From NCBI GenBank assembly GCA_007131235.1, contig SLQY01000098.1:1-52555 (forward strand): 52,555 nt of DNA. Direction: 5' to 3'. The position numbers and the translations under genes were made by a program. Shown in pieces: positions 19,610-29,898 of this stretch (positions are counted from its first letter, which is position 1; each line of letters opens with the position of its first letter). The stretch is from Wenzhouxiangella sp. (GTDB lineage: Bacteria; Pseudomonadota; Gammaproteobacteria; Xanthomonadales; Wenzhouxiangellaceae). The notes under the pieces are model-generated. The model was not told the DNA's origin. It searched no databases and saw only the letters and a list, made by a program, of their open reading frames with translations.

Positions 19610-20575
19610 TTACTGTCCGGTAGGAAAGGAGCGCGCCCATTCTAGCAGCCATTTGCCCATCAGTAGATCGTGGCGCACCGCCGAGTCGGCCATTTGCCGG
19701 CCGGCAATCGCCTGTTCCCAGAGCAGCACCAGGCGATCGCTGCCGATGGGATCGGGCAAGGCGAGCTGTTCGGGCAAGGCATTGCCGGACAGACCTTCGG
19801 CCTGATGCATAAAGGCAGCCACCCAGACCGATAGCCAGTGCCAGGTCAGGTCAGGGCGCGCAAACCAGTCTTCGCCGGCCGCGGCCGACACCGGACCACC
19901 GGCGGCGACCTGGAGCAGATCGTCAAGGATGCGCTGGCCATGCTCGAGACCCTGACCCTCCAGCAGGCGACTGGCTGCCAGCGGCGCTCCGGCAGCCAGG
20001 GCCAGCGCCCGGGCGCGATCTGCTGCCGGCAGGTCCGGGTGTCGATCGGTCAGCCACGTCGCTGCCGCATCGGCCTCCGGCGGCCGAATGACGATCTTCT
20101 GGCAGCGGCTGCGGATGGTCGCAGGCAATTGTCCAGGCTGATGACTGACCAGGATCAGCCATGCGTTTGCAGCCGGCTCTTCCAGAGTCTTCAACAAGGC
20201 ATTGGCGGCGTTTCGGTTCATGGCCTCGGCCGGTTCGACCAGGCCCACGCGATGCGGGCCGACGCTGGGCGTAAGCTGCAGGCTGGAGATCAACTGGCGC
20301 ACGCTGTCGACCGGAATTTCCTTCTTGTCTTCCGGAATGCCAACCCTGAAGCTGTCCGGATGACCGCCGCTGGCTAGCAGTTGACAGGATCGGCACTGGC
20401 CGCACGGTGCCTCGCCGGCCGGAGCGAGGCACAGCAGACGAGCCAGCAGCCACTCGGCCAGCGCCAACTTGCCCAGACCGGCCGGACCACAGATCAACGG
20501 CGCATGGCCCAGCCGCTTGCGCACCAGGGCATTTTCCAGTCGCTCTCGCGGGGCTTGCATCCAGGGTAAGGTCAT
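19610..20575 (-). CDS. holB: DNA polymerase III delta-prime subunit
   Basis: GPAGLGK, zinc motif CGQCRSC, HPD, AANALLKTLEEP, TIRSRCQ. Confidence 0.93.
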   Translation of the reverse strand: MTLPWMQAPRERLENALVRKRLGHAPLICGPAGLGKLALAEWLLARLLCLAPAGEAPCGQCRSCQLLASGGHPDSFRVGIPEDKKEIPVDSVRQLISSLQLTPSVGPHRVGLVEPAEAMNRNAANALLKTLEEPAANAWLILVSHQPGQLPATIRSRCQKIVIRPPEADAAATWLTDRHPDLPAADRARALALAAGAPLAASRLLEGQGLEHGQRILDDLLQVAAGGPVSAAAGEDWFARPDLTWHWLSVWVAAFMHQAEGLSGNALPEQLALPDPIGSDRLVLLWEQAIAGRQMADSAVRHDLLMGKWLLEWARSFPTGQ

Positions 20576-21195
20576 TGCAGGCGCGCCCTCAACGTGTCGA
20601 TGATCTGGCGATGCACCTCGTCGATGGCCTGGCTGGCATCGATGACGGCGAATCGTTTCGGTGCCGCCTCGGCCAGGTCCAGGTAGGTGGAACGCACCCG
20701 CTGCAGAAAATCTGTCCGGTTCTGTTCAAACCGATCCGGGGACTGGCCGCGGCCCCGAATACGGGCCATGCCGATCTCGACCGGCACATCCAGCACCACG
20801 GTCAGATCCGGCTCGAGATCAGGATGAACCAGATCAGCCAGTGCATTGATAGCCGCCATGCCGAGCTCGCGTCCGCCACCCTGGTAGGCGCGACTGGCAT
20901 CGGTAAAGCGATCACAGATCACATCCTGCCCGGCGGCCAGCGCCGGTCGAATGACACCGGCCAGGTTTTCAGCCCGCGCTGCAAACATCAACAAGGCCTC
21001 GGTCAATGGTTCGATATCGCCGGTCGCTGGGTCCAGCAGCACGGCTCGAATACGCTCGGCAGCGGGCGTACCGCCCGGCTCACGGGTCAGCACGACGTCG
21101 CGTCCCTGGCTGCGCAGCCAGTCCGCCATGCAGCTCACCGCGCTGCTTTTACCCGCCCCTTCACCGCCTTCCAGTGTAATCAACCGGCCACGCAT
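20572..21195 (-). CDS. tmk: Thymidylate kinase
   Basis: ITLEGGEGAGKS, TREPGGT, CDRFTDAS. Start ATG 21195 overlaps the mltG stop. Confidence 0.95.
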   Translation of the reverse strand: MRGRLITLEGGEGAGKSSAVSCMADWLRSQGRDVVLTREPGGTPAAERIRAVLLDPATGDIEPLTEALLMFAARAENLAGVIRPALAAGQDVICDRFTDASRAYQGGGRELGMAAINALADLVHPDLEPDLTVVLDVPVEIGMARIRGRGQSPDRFEQNRTDFLQRVRSTYLDLAEAAPKRFAVIDASQAIDEVHRQIIDTLRARLQ

Positions 21196-22199
21196 CAGCG
21201 TCTCCCTCGGATGTAGCGATTGACAGCGCGGTTGTGCTCTTCCAGGGTATCGGAAAACTGATGACTGCCATCGCCACGGGCAACAAAGTACAGGGCCGTG
21301 CCCGGCTCGGGGTTGGCAGCCGCCTGCAACGACGGCCCACCAGGCAGCGCAATCGCCGTTGGTGGCAGCCCGTGGCGGGTGTAGGTGTTCCACGGATGAT
21401 CGATGCGCAAGTGGACGCGCAGCAAACGGCCATCAAAGTCCTCGCCCATGCCGTAGATGACCGTGGGATCGGTCTGCAGGCGCATGCCCAGGTTCAAGCG
21501 ACGCTTGAATACGCCGGCCACCCGGGCCCGCTCCCCGGCCTGCCCGGTTTCACGCTCGATGATGGAGGCCAGCACCAGGAGCTCCTGCGGCGAGGCAAGC
21601 GGCAGGTCGGGATGACGGCTGGCCCAGGCCCGGGCCAGCGCTTCATCCATCGCCCGGTGGGCCCGTTCGAGCAGCGCCAGATCGGTGCTGCCGCGGGCGA
21701 AAAAGTAGGTTTCGGGGAGAAAATACCCCTCGGCCGGGCAGCCATCGCAGCCCAGCCGACGCATCAGTGCATCGTCGTCGATGTCGGTCGTGAGATGCCG
21801 CAGGCGTGGCTCACGGGCCAGTTCGCGACGCAGGCGCGCGACCGTCCAGCCTTCGACAATCGTGAACCTGTGCTCGACGGTCTGACCCGACTCGAGAACC
21901 TTGACCAGGTCGCCAATCCGCAGCCCCACGGCAAGCTGGTACTCACCCGCTTTCAGGGCCGGTGCGTGTAGGCGCCGCCAGACCTGCCAGTGCCAGTGCC
22001 TGGAACGGGCCATGCCGAGCGCCTCGAGCTGGCGAATCAGCGCCGGAAAGCTTGTGCCAGTGGGCAGCCAAAGTCTCAGCTCACTGTCCGGGTTGACCGG
22101 CTGATTGACGAAGCGCTGCCAGTCCTGGTAGGCCCAGGCAGCAGCCAGCCCCAGAGCCAGAACAAGGATCGCGAAAACGGCCAGCAGTTTGCGCATCAT
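21195..22199 (-). CDS. mltG: Endolytic transglycosylase MltG (YceG)
   Basis: N-terminal membrane anchor, EGYFLPETY, LASIIERET, GMRLQTDPTV, NTY..GLPP. Confidence 0.94.
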   Translation of the reverse strand: MMRKLLAVFAILVLALGLAAAWAYQDWQRFVNQPVNPDSELRLWLPTGTSFPALIRQLEALGMARSRHWHWQVWRRLHAPALKAGEYQLAVGLRIGDLVKVLESGQTVEHRFTIVEGWTVARLRRELAREPRLRHLTTDIDDDALMRRLGCDGCPAEGYFLPETYFFARGSTDLALLERAHRAMDEALARAWASRHPDLPLASPQELLVLASIIERETGQAGERARVAGVFKRRLNLGMRLQTDPTVIYGMGEDFDGRLLRVHLRIDHPWNTYTRHGLPPTAIALPGGPSLQAAANPEPGTALYFVARGDGSHQFSDTLEEHNRAVNRYIRGRR

Positions 22200-23005
22200 T
22201 ACCAGAGCTGGTCTATCCAGACTTGTTGCAGCGCGCGGCAGCGCGAGGTGAGTGAGAGGGGGCGCCCGTCCAGTTCGCGAGCCGGTCGCGGTCCCGTGAC
22301 CGAGTTTATCACCATGATGGCATTGGCCGCAGCCAGCTGTTCGCTGGTTATCGTTCGGCGCGGCATGCTTATGCCGGACTGCTTGCAGAGCCAGTCCAGG
22401 CCCACCCCCGCCACACCGGCACAGGCGTCTGGCACGACCAGCTCATCGTCGAGCTCCACGACCAGGTTGGATGCGATCGCCTCGACCAGCTGGCCCTGGC
22501 CGTTGAACAACAAGGCTTCATCACAGCCTAGCTCGGTACACTCTCGCGCGGCCAACACCTGCTCAAGCCGGTTGCAATGCTTGAGACCCGCCAGCGGCGA
22601 ATCGCTGGCCAGGCGCAGCCTGGCGGTACACAGCCTCAGCCCGACAAGACGTTGTTGTTCAAGCTCGCCGGGCCAGGCCCTGGCCTGTACGATCAGTCGA
22701 GGCGGCGATGACGGAACCGGCCAGTACGCTCGCCCGCCACTGCCGCGGCTGAGCTGAAAGCGGACCACGCCCAAACCCTGCGCTGGACAAACCTGGCGAC
22801 ACTGGGCCAGCACATCGGTCGACGCTGGGCCATTCAGCCCGAGGATGTCGCAGCCGTGCTGGAAGCGCCGCCAGTGCAGTGTCCAAAGGGGCGCTGAGCG
22901 GTCCCGAAACGCCACGGTCTCGAACAGGCCATCGCCGTATAACAAGGCTCGGTCATCTGCCGGCACGTGGGCGACCGGCTTGCCATCGACCAGGGTCACG
23001 TTCAT
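22199..23005 (-). CDS. pabC: 4-amino-4-deoxychorismate lyase
   Basis: DRALLYGDGLFET, LAGLKHCNRLEQV, class IV PLP fold; sits before mltG. Start ATG 23005. Confidence 0.88.
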   Translation of the reverse strand: MNVTLVDGKPVAHVPADDRALLYGDGLFETVAFRDRSAPLWTLHWRRFQHGCDILGLNGPASTDVLAQCRQVCPAQGLGVVRFQLSRGSGGRAYWPVPSSPPRLIVQARAWPGELEQQRLVGLRLCTARLRLASDSPLAGLKHCNRLEQVLAARECTELGCDEALLFNGQGQLVEAIASNLVVELDDELVVPDACAGVAGVGLDWLCKQSGISMPRRTITSEQLAAANAIMVINSVTGPRPARELDGRPLSLTSRCRALQQVWIDQLW

Positions 23006-24342
23006 CCGGCCAGGGCTCGCAGCAGGCCGCGCGCCTTGGCCTCGGTCTCGGCCAGTTCTGCGGCGGGTTCGGAATCGGCGACGATGCCGGCCCCGGTGCG
23101 GAAGCTCAGGCGCGACCCGTTGACAACCATGCTGCGAATCAGGATGTTGAGGTCCATGTGCCCGTCTACACCCAGGTAGCCCATGGCCCCGGTGTAGAAA
23201 CCGCGTCCATGCAGCTCCAGCTCGGCAATGATTTCCATGCACCTGACCTTGGGACAGCCAGTGATGGTTCCGCCCGGGAAAACCGCGGCGATGACATCCG
23301 CCGCATGCACCCCGCTGCGCAACAGGCCACGAACGTTCGAGACAATATGATGCACGTGGGCATAGCTCTCGATCACCATCAGCTCATCCACCTCGACCGA
23401 GCCAGCCTGGCAGACTCGCCCCAGGTCGTTGCGCTCAAGATCGATCAGCATAATGTGCTCGGCCCGCTCCTTGGGATGAGCGATCAGCTCCCTGGACAGG
23501 CCTGCATCCTGGTCCGCCGACAGGCCGCGCGGCCGCGTGCCGGCTATCGGGCGGGTCTGGACCTGGCGTCCCTGCACCTCGACCAGACGCTCGGGCGACG
23601 AGCTCAGCACGGTGCCGCCCGGCAAGCGGGCCAGGCCGGCGAACGGTGCCGGATTGCTCTGGCTGAGCAGCTGGTAGAGTGCGGCCGGATCCAGTACCGA
23701 GCTCGCCTCACCGACCCAGCCGCGAGAAAGATTGACCTGGAAGACGTCGCCGTCAAGAATCCACTCGCGGATCCGCTCGACGCCGGCCATGAACCGAGCA
23801 CCCGCTTCAGCACGCAGGTCCAGGGCCAATGGTCGGCACGGCTCGTCGGACACCATGCCGGTCATCGGCAGCGTTGCTTGTGCAGCAGCCAGCGCCTGCT
23901 CGGATTCGGCTGCCAGCCAGCTTTTGCCCGCGGCATGATCAACCAGGATGGCGGCCGGGCAGCGCGCGGCCAGGGCCACTGGCAAACCGTCCGTAGCGGC
24001 TGGCAGACGGAGGCTGGGTTCGATCTCGGAGATCAGCTCGTAGCCAAGATAGAGAAACCAGCCACCGGCAAAGGGTAAATCGTTGTTGCCATCGGGACCG
24101 GGGCTGACCGGCTCACCAGTCCAGTCGCGCAGCCTGGCAAGGAAACTGCTGCCCTCTCCCGGGCCAGTCAGGCCATTCTGGTCCAGCCTGAGCATCGGAC
24201 CGTCGGCAAACAGCAGCATGGACCAGCGGGCCAGCGCCCCGCCGCGTGACGAGCTGGCCAGCAGGTAGGGCCATTGCTCGGGGCTGGCCCGATGAACGGC
24301 GAGCAGATCAGGCGTTTGATCGAACGAGAGCTGGCAAGTCAA
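23002..24342 (-). CDS. pabB: Aminodeoxychorismate synthase component I
   Basis: GDVFQVNLSR, SSSPERL, TRPIAGTRPR, KERAEHIMLIDLERNDLGR, FPGGTITGCPK; adjacent to pabC. Confidence 0.88.
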   Translation of the reverse strand: MTCQLSFDQTPDLLAVHRASPEQWPYLLASSSRGGALARWSMLLFADGPMLRLDQNGLTGPGEGSSFLARLRDWTGEPVSPGPDGNNDLPFAGGWFLYLGYELISEIEPSLRLPAATDGLPVALAARCPAAILVDHAAGKSWLAAESEQALAAAQATLPMTGMVSDEPCRPLALDLRAEAGARFMAGVERIREWILDGDVFQVNLSRGWVGEASSVLDPAALYQLLSQSNPAPFAGLARLPGGTVLSSSPERLVEVQGRQVQTRPIAGTRPRGLSADQDAGLSRELIAHPKERAEHIMLIDLERNDLGRVCQAGSVEVDELMVIESYAHVHHIVSNVRGLLRSGVHAADVIAAVFPGGTITGCPKVRCMEIIAELELHGRGFYTGAMGYLGVDGHMDLNILIRSMVVNGSRLSFRTGAGIVADSEPAAELAETEAKARGLLRALAG

Positions 24343-24375
24343 GATGGTTACAGCGACCGGGTCGAAAACCGCCGA

Positions 24376-25623
24376 TCAGCCGTAGCGTCGCAGCAGCAGG
24401 GAGCCGTTGGTGCCTCCGAAACCGAATGAGTTCGACAAGGCATACTCGACCTGTACCTCGCGTGCCTGATGAGGAACCAGGTCCAGACCTTCACAGGCCG
24501 GATCCGGACGGTCGAGGTTGATCGTCGGCGGAATCACCCCGTCGTGCAGGGCAAGCACGCTCACGACTGCCTCGATGCCACCGGCTGCGCCGAGCAGATG
24601 GCCGGTCATGGATTTGGTCGAGCTGATCATCAAGTCCTTGCAGTGGTCGCCAAACAGACCGCGAATGGCCTCGCACTCTGCCCGGTCACCGACTTGCGTG
24701 GAGGTGCCATGGGCATTGATGTAGCCAACCTGATCGGGATTGATCTCGGCATCGCGCAGGGCATTGGCCATGCAGCGGGCCGCGCCTTCACCACCTTCTG
24801 GTGGCGAGGTGATGTGGTAGGCGTCGGCGCTGCGGCCATAGCCCACCAGCTCTGCATAAATCCGGGCGCCGCGCTTGCGGGCGTGCTCCAGTTCCTCGAT
24901 GACGATGACGCCAGCACCGTTGCTGAGCACGAAGCCATCCCGATCGACGTCCCAGGGCCGACTGGCCCGCTCGGGATCATCGTTCCGGGTCGACAGCGCT
25001 CGGGCTGCGGTGAAACCGCCGTATGCCGTGGGAGTAGTGCCATACTCGGCCCCACCGGCGACCATCACGTCGGCATCGCCGTAGGCAATCATGCGGGCCG
25101 CCTCACCGATGCTGTGCGTCGCGGTGGTACAGGCGGTAACGATGGAGATGTTCGGTCCCTTGAAGCCGTAGCGGATCGAAATGTTGCCGGCGATCATGTT
25201 GATGATGCAGCCGGGAACAAAAAACGGGGAAATCCGGCGCGGGCCGTTGTCCAGGTAGGTCTGGTAGGTCTGCTCGATGGTCTGAATACCGCCGATGCCG
25301 GAACCAACGGCCAGACCAAAGCGCTCCGGATCGGCCGGCTGCGCTTCCAGTCCGGCATCTTCTATCGCCTGGACGCAGGCCGCCATACCGTAGTGAATGA
25401 AGGTGTCAGACTTTCGAGCCTCCTTCGGCGACAGGTAACGGTCGAGATCAAAATCCTTGATCTCCCCGGCAATCCTAGCGCTGAAGCGTTCGGCATCGAA
25501 AGCGGTCAGGGGCCCAATACCGCTGCGCCCGTTGCGAATGGCGTCCCAGGCACTGGGCACATCATTGCCGACTGGCGTAACGCAACCCAGGCCGGTGACG
25601 ACGATACGTCGGTCACCGCGCAT
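24376..25623 (-). CDS. fabF: 3-oxoacyl-ACP synthase II
   Basis: TACTT catalytic Cys, INAHGTST, KSMTGHLLGAAG, SNSFGFGG. Confidence 0.96.
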   Translation of the reverse strand: MRGDRRIVVTGLGCVTPVGNDVPSAWDAIRNGRSGIGPLTAFDAERFSARIAGEIKDFDLDRYLSPKEARKSDTFIHYGMAACVQAIEDAGLEAQPADPERFGLAVGSGIGGIQTIEQTYQTYLDNGPRRISPFFVPGCIINMIAGNISIRYGFKGPNISIVTACTTATHSIGEAARMIAYGDADVMVAGGAEYGTTPTAYGGFTAARALSTRNDDPERASRPWDVDRDGFVLSNGAGVIVIEELEHARKRGARIYAELVGYGRSADAYHITSPPEGGEGAARCMANALRDAEINPDQVGYINAHGTSTQVGDRAECEAIRGLFGDHCKDLMISSTKSMTGHLLGAAGGIEAVVSVLALHDGVIPPTINLDRPDPACEGLDLVPHQAREVQVEYALSNSFGFGGTNGSLLLRRYG

Positions 25624-25677
25624 CTGGCTTTCCCGTCCCGAAGAACGGCAGGTAATCCTGACCCATCCCGACTGTCC

Positions 25678-25917
25678 TTACTGATCGACGTTACTTTTGA
25701 TGTAGTCGATCGCCTGCTGAACGCTGGTGATCTTCTCCGCTTCCTCGTCCGGAATTTCACACTCGAATTCTTCTTCGAGCGCCATGACCAGTTCAACGGT
25801 ATCCAGCGAGTCGGCTCCCAGATCGTCAACGAAAGACGCGCTCGGGGTCACTTCTTCTTCCTTGACGCCCAGCTGTTCGATGACGATTTTCTTGACGCGT
25901 TCTTCAATGCTGCTCAT
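25678..25917 (-). CDS. acpP: Acyl carrier protein
   Basis: [11 protein letters not shown]...[20 protein letters not shown]. Start ATG 25917. Confidence 0.97.
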   Translation of the reverse strand: MSSIEERVKKIVIEQLGVKEEEVTPSASFVDDLGADSLDTVELVMALEEEFECEIPDEEAEKITSVQQAIDYIKSNVDQ

Positions 25918-25956
25918 TGTTGCTTTTCCTCTAGAAGGGTTTCTCAAAGCCGCCAC

Positions 25957-25985
25957 ATTGTAGTGAAATCGAGACGGCTTCGCCA
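25957..25985 (-). promoter_or_regulatory. Putative internal acpP promoter with AT-rich upstream tract
   Basis: Minus strand TGGCGA-N17-TACAAT; a strongly AT-rich stretch lies upstream at about 26026-26070. Confidence 0.5.
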
Positions 25986-26076
25986 GTTGGAACATGAAGC
26001 AGGCTAAAGGCCCTTTTGCTTCCCGAAATGAAGAAAAATATTTATTATTAGTATTTTAAAGAAACTTTTTGACAAG

Positions 26077-26826
26077 TCATGTCATGTACATGCCGCCATT
26101 GACATGCAGCGTCTGGCCCGTGATGTAAGCTCCGCCAGCGCCAGCCAGAAACCCGACGCAGGCCGCAATATCGGCCGGCGTGCCCAGACGTCCGAGCGGA
26201 ATTGTACCCTTTAGACGGTCGCGCTGGGTCTCGTCCAGCGCCCGCGTCATGTCGGTATCGATAAAACCCGGGGCAATCACATTGGCGGTAATCCCTCGAC
26301 CGCCCAGCTCATGGGCGACGGCACGCGAGAATCCGGCAAGACCTGCCTTGGCCGCGCAGTAGTTGGCCTGGCCGGGATTACCGGCATAGCCAACCACCGA
26401 GGAAATTCCGATGATGCGACCGAAACGCGCCTTGAGCATGCCACGCAGGCAGGCCCGGGTCATGCGCATGGCACCGCGCAGATTGGTGTCCATCACCGCG
26501 TCCCAATCCTCGTCCTTGAGCCGCATCAGCAGCTGGTCTCGAGTAATGGCGGCGTTGTTGACCAGGATACCGATGGGCCCGCCCTGCTCGCTGACCGCGG
26601 CAATCGTCGCGTTGATTGCCTCACCATCCCTGACGTCCAGAACCAGGCCGCGGCCCGCGCCCAGCACATCACTGATGGCTTGCGCGCCCTGCGCCGAAGT
26701 GGCCGTACCGAAGACCTCTGCACCCAGCTCTTTCAGCCACGCGGCAGTGGCCTGCCCGATGCCGCGGCTGGCTCCAGTGACCAGGGCACAGCGCCCTTCA
26801 AGACGATAACTGTCGATCACGCTCAT
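26077..26826 (-). CDS. fabG: 3-oxoacyl-ACP reductase
   Basis: TGASRGIG, NNAAITRD, YCAAK, PGFIDTDMT. Confidence 0.95.
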   Translation of the reverse strand: MSVIDSYRLEGRCALVTGASRGIGQATAAWLKELGAEVFGTATSAQGAQAISDVLGAGRGLVLDVRDGEAINATIAAVSEQGGPIGILVNNAAITRDQLLMRLKDEDWDAVMDTNLRGAMRMTRACLRGMLKARFGRIIGISSVVGYAGNPGQANYCAAKAGLAGFSRAVAHELGGRGITANVIAPGFIDTDMTRALDETQRDRLKGTIPLGRLGTPADIAACVGFLAGAGGAYITGQTLHVNGGMYMT

Positions 26827-27770
26827 CCTGACTCTCCTTTGCTTTCTTCGACAGCCTTGGTGATCAGATCCGGCTGCTCAAGGGCAATCCACCTGACCGC
26901 GCGGTCGATCCGCCGGCCCAACCCGGAAAGAACCCGACCGGGTCCACATTCGGCCATCGTCGTGATTCCGCGCGCCGTCAGCGCGGCCATGGTTTCGGTC
27001 CAGCGTACCGGCGAATGCAGCTGGGCCACCAAGGCCTCGCGAATCGCATCAGGCGCTTCATGACACTCGACATCGACGTTGTGAACAACCGGTATGCGCG
27101 GGGAATGAACCTCGATAGCGGCCAGAACCTCGCCCAGCGATGTCGCCGCTGCGCGCATCAGGGGGCTGTGCGAAGGTACGCTGACCGGCAGAATCATGGC
27201 TCGCTTCGCCCCGGCATCAAGGCACTTGTGCATGGCGCGCTCGACCGCGTTGGAATCACCGGCGATAACGATTTGACCGGGCGAATTATAGTTGGCTGGC
27301 GCCACCACCTGGCCCTCGGCGGCCTCGCGACAGATCGCAGCCACTACCTCGCCATCCAGGCCAAGCACTGCGGCCATGGCGCCAACACCTTCGGGCACGG
27401 CTTCCTGCATCAGTCGGCCGCGCTCAGCGACGACACGCACGGCATCCTCGTAGGCAATCGCTCCTGCCACGACCAGGGCAGTGTACTCGCCGAGGCTATG
27501 GCCGGCCAGGATCGCCGGCATCGGGCCGTCCAGGGCCTGCCAGACGCGCCATACGGCGACGCCACCGGCCAGCATGACCGGCTGAGTCAACTCGGTGCGG
27601 TTGAGGTCTTCGATCGGACCTTCCCGGACCATGGTCCACAGGTCGACAGCCAGTACGTCGCCGGCCTGCTGAAAGGCCTCCTCTACCTGCGGATAGGCGG
27701 CGGCCAGGTCGGACAGCATGCCAACCGTCTGCGAACCCTGACCTGGAAACAACAGCGCTAGTTCAGACAT
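26823..27770 (-). CDS. fabD: Malonyl-CoA:ACP transacylase
   Basis: FPGQGSQ, GHSLGEY, VSVPSH, ECGPG. Confidence 0.96.
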   Translation of the reverse strand: MSELALLFPGQGSQTVGMLSDLAAAYPQVEEAFQQAGDVLAVDLWTMVREGPIEDLNRTELTQPVMLAGGVAVWRVWQALDGPMPAILAGHSLGEYTALVVAGAIAYEDAVRVVAERGRLMQEAVPEGVGAMAAVLGLDGEVVAAICREAAEGQVVAPANYNSPGQIVIAGDSNAVERAMHKCLDAGAKRAMILPVSVPSHSPLMRAAATSLGEVLAAIEVHSPRIPVVHNVDVECHEAPDAIREALVAQLHSPVRWTETMAALTARGITTMAECGPGRVLSGLGRRIDRAVRWIALEQPDLITKAVEESKGESG

Positions 27771-27845
27771 GATCCCTCGCAGTGGTGTGGGTTAGGTATC
27801 GACGTCGACATTGCCGGGATCGGCGCCGAATCGCAATTAGTGATT

Positions 27846-28811
27846 TCAATACACAATCAGGGCCGCGCCCCAGGTAAAGCCTCCCCCAAAGGCTTCCAGC
27901 AACAATTTCTCACCACGCTGGACGCGCCCGGAACGAATCGCATGATCCAGCGCCAGCGGCACTGATGCTGCCGAGGTATTGCCATGCTTGTCCACGGTCA
28001 CGATAACCTGATCCATGGACATCTGCAGCTTCTTGGCGGTCGCCTTGATGATGCGCAGGTTGGCCTGGTGAGGAATCAGCCAGTCCAGGTCCGATTTGTC
28101 CAGCTGGTTGGCTGCCAGCGTTTCGTCGACGATGCGTCCCAGGGTGTTGACGGCGACCTTGAACACCTCGTTGCCGCGCATACTGACCCGGACCCCGCCG
28201 CCCTTTTCTGCCAGGAAGCCTCGCGACACCCCGACATCGGTCTTGAGCAGATCCCCATAGCCGCCGTTGGCGTGGATGTGGGTGGAAAGAATGCCCGGCT
28301 CGGGATCGGCGCGCAGCACGGCGGCCCCGGCGCCATCGCCAAACAGCACGCAGGTCCCGCGGTCATTCCAGTCAATCATTCGGGTCAGTGTTTCCGCGCC
28401 GACGACCAGTACGCACTTGGCGGAGCCGGTCCGTATGAACTGGTCGGCAACAGACAGGGCATAGATGAAGCCCGAGCAGGCCGCATTGACATCGAAAGCA
28501 CCGCATTCGCCCAACCCCAGGCGATGCTGGAGGAGGCAGGCCGTGGAAGGAAAAACCACGTCTGGGGTGGTGGTTCCGACGATCAGCAAGTCGATATCGG
28601 CAGGCTTCAGCCCGGCGGCGTCGAGGGCGCGCAGGGCCGCTTGCTCGGCCAGGTCACAAGTGGTCTGGCCCTCGGCCGCAACACGCCGTTCACAGATGCC
28701 GGTTCGATCACGAATCCACTGGTCGGAGGTGTCGACCATGGTCTCGAGTTCGCGGTTGGTCAACACCCTGTCGGGCAAGTAGCTTCCGGTACCGGCAATT
28801 CGTGCATACAT
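27846..28811 (-). CDS. fabH: 3-oxoacyl-ACP synthase III
   Basis: [26 protein letters not shown]. Start ATG 28811 follows a GGGAG; the track uses TTG 28832. Confidence 0.95.
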   Translation of the reverse strand: MYARIAGTGSYLPDRVLTNRELETMVDTSDQWIRDRTGICERRVAAEGQTTCDLAEQAALRALDAAGLKPADIDLLIVGTTTPDVVFPSTACLLQHRLGLGECGAFDVNAACSGFIYALSVADQFIRTGSAKCVLVVGAETLTRMIDWNDRGTCVLFGDGAGAAVLRADPEPGILSTHIHANGGYGDLLKTDVGVSRGFLAEKGGGVRVSMRGNEVFKVAVNTLGRIVDETLAANQLDKSDLDWLIPHQANLRIIKATAKKLQMSMDQVIVTVDKHGNTSAASVPLALDHAIRSGRVQRGEKLLLEAFGGGFTWGAALIVY

Positions 28812-28890
28812 TCCGGTCAGACTCCCATTCAACGATTTATTCTTGATTCAGATCTGCGTGGAAAGCCGATCCCGACCCTGGCCGAGCGGC

Positions 28891-29886
28891 TCAGTAACCG
28901 GCCAGCAGTTGCTGTTCCAGGCAATTGACCAGGTCACGTCGGGCTTGCAACGCGGCCAGCTCCAGGGCCCGGGCGAAGCCGCGACTGCAGGTGCCACCGT
29001 GACTCTTGATGACCGTTCCCCGAACGCCCAGCATCGGCGCACCATTATGCCGCGCCGGATCCAGGCTGTCATGCAGGCGCTTGAGCCGGGGCCGCGCGAG
29101 CACGCCGCACAGGCTGCCACGGAAGCTGGATTGGAGCTTGGCAAACAGTAGCTTGATGGTTCCCTCGGCACTCTTGAGCAAGACGTTGCCGGCGAAACCA
29201 TCGCACACCACCAGGTCCACGGCACCGGCAAAAACCTGGTCAGCTTCGACAAAGCCGGCGTAGTTGAGGCGCTCATCCTCGTCGATCAGGCGGGCGGCCT
29301 CGCGCACCACGTCCGGACCCTTGCCGGGCTCTGTGCCCACGTTGAGCAGACCGATACGGGGCGCATGACCCTCCAGCAGCCGGCTGGCTACGTGGCCGAG
29401 CTGGGCAAACTCCAGCAGCCTGCGGGCATCAACCTGTATGTTGGCGCCCAGATCAAGCATCCATACCGAGCGTTCCAGGGTAGGAATGGCAGCCATCAGG
29501 GCCGGACGCTCAACGCCAGACAGGGTACCGAGCAGGTGGCGCGACAAGGCCATCAGGGCACCGGTGCTGCCACCGCTGACAACCGCGTCGGCGGCGCCCT
29601 CGTGGACGAGCGCCAGGGCTTGCCACATCGTGCTGCCCTGGCCGCGGCGGATGGCACCGGCGGCATTCATGTCCGCAGCCAGCGCATGCTCGCAAGCAAC
29701 GATCTCGACACGCTCGCTGGAGAAGCGCTCAGCCAGGCGAGCTGAATCGTCAGACTCGGCCAGTATTACGAAGCTCAGATCCGAATGCGCGGTGAGCATT
29801 CGATCGACGGCTGCCGCAATCACATCCGGACCGCCATCGGTGCCGGCGGCATCGATGGCGATTCGAACCCGAGCGATCTCGCTCAT
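28891..29886 (-). CDS. plsX: Phosphate acyltransferase PlsX
   Basis: ERPAL, LDLGAN, LLNVGTE..KG, CDGFAGNVLLKSAEG, KSHG; located between rpmF and fabH. Confidence 0.9.
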   Translation of the reverse strand: MSEIARVRIAIDAAGTDGGPDVIAAAVDRMLTAHSDLSFVILAESDDSARLAERFSSERVEIVACEHALAADMNAAGAIRRGQGSTMWQALALVHEGAADAVVSGGSTGALMALSRHLLGTLSGVERPALMAAIPTLERSVWMLDLGANIQVDARRLLEFAQLGHVASRLLEGHAPRIGLLNVGTEPGKGPDVVREAARLIDEDERLNYAGFVEADQVFAGAVDLVVCDGFAGNVLLKSAEGTIKLLFAKLQSSFRGSLCGVLARPRLKRLHDSLDPARHNGAPMLGVRGTVIKSHGGTCSRGFARALELAALQARRDLVNCLEQQLLAGY

Positions 29887-29898
29887 CGGTGCCGGAAA

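Noticed and set aside
20572-23242. Extended N-termini of tmk and pabC in the ORF track (also pilW, tatT, fadD, acpP)
   Set aside because: Artefacts of choosing the most upstream start; downstream starts give typical lengths and, for several, stop/start overlaps.
22199-24342. pabB-pabC without pabA as an incomplete pathway
   Set aside because: The glutaminase subunit is commonly encoded elsewhere or shared with TrpG; unremarkable.
24469-26007. 512-aa ORF antisense to fabF/acpP (and similar ones at 13077-14354, 44792-46513, 47205-48467, 49940-51388)
   Set aside because: They mirror well-supported conserved genes on the opposite strand and have no independent protein features.
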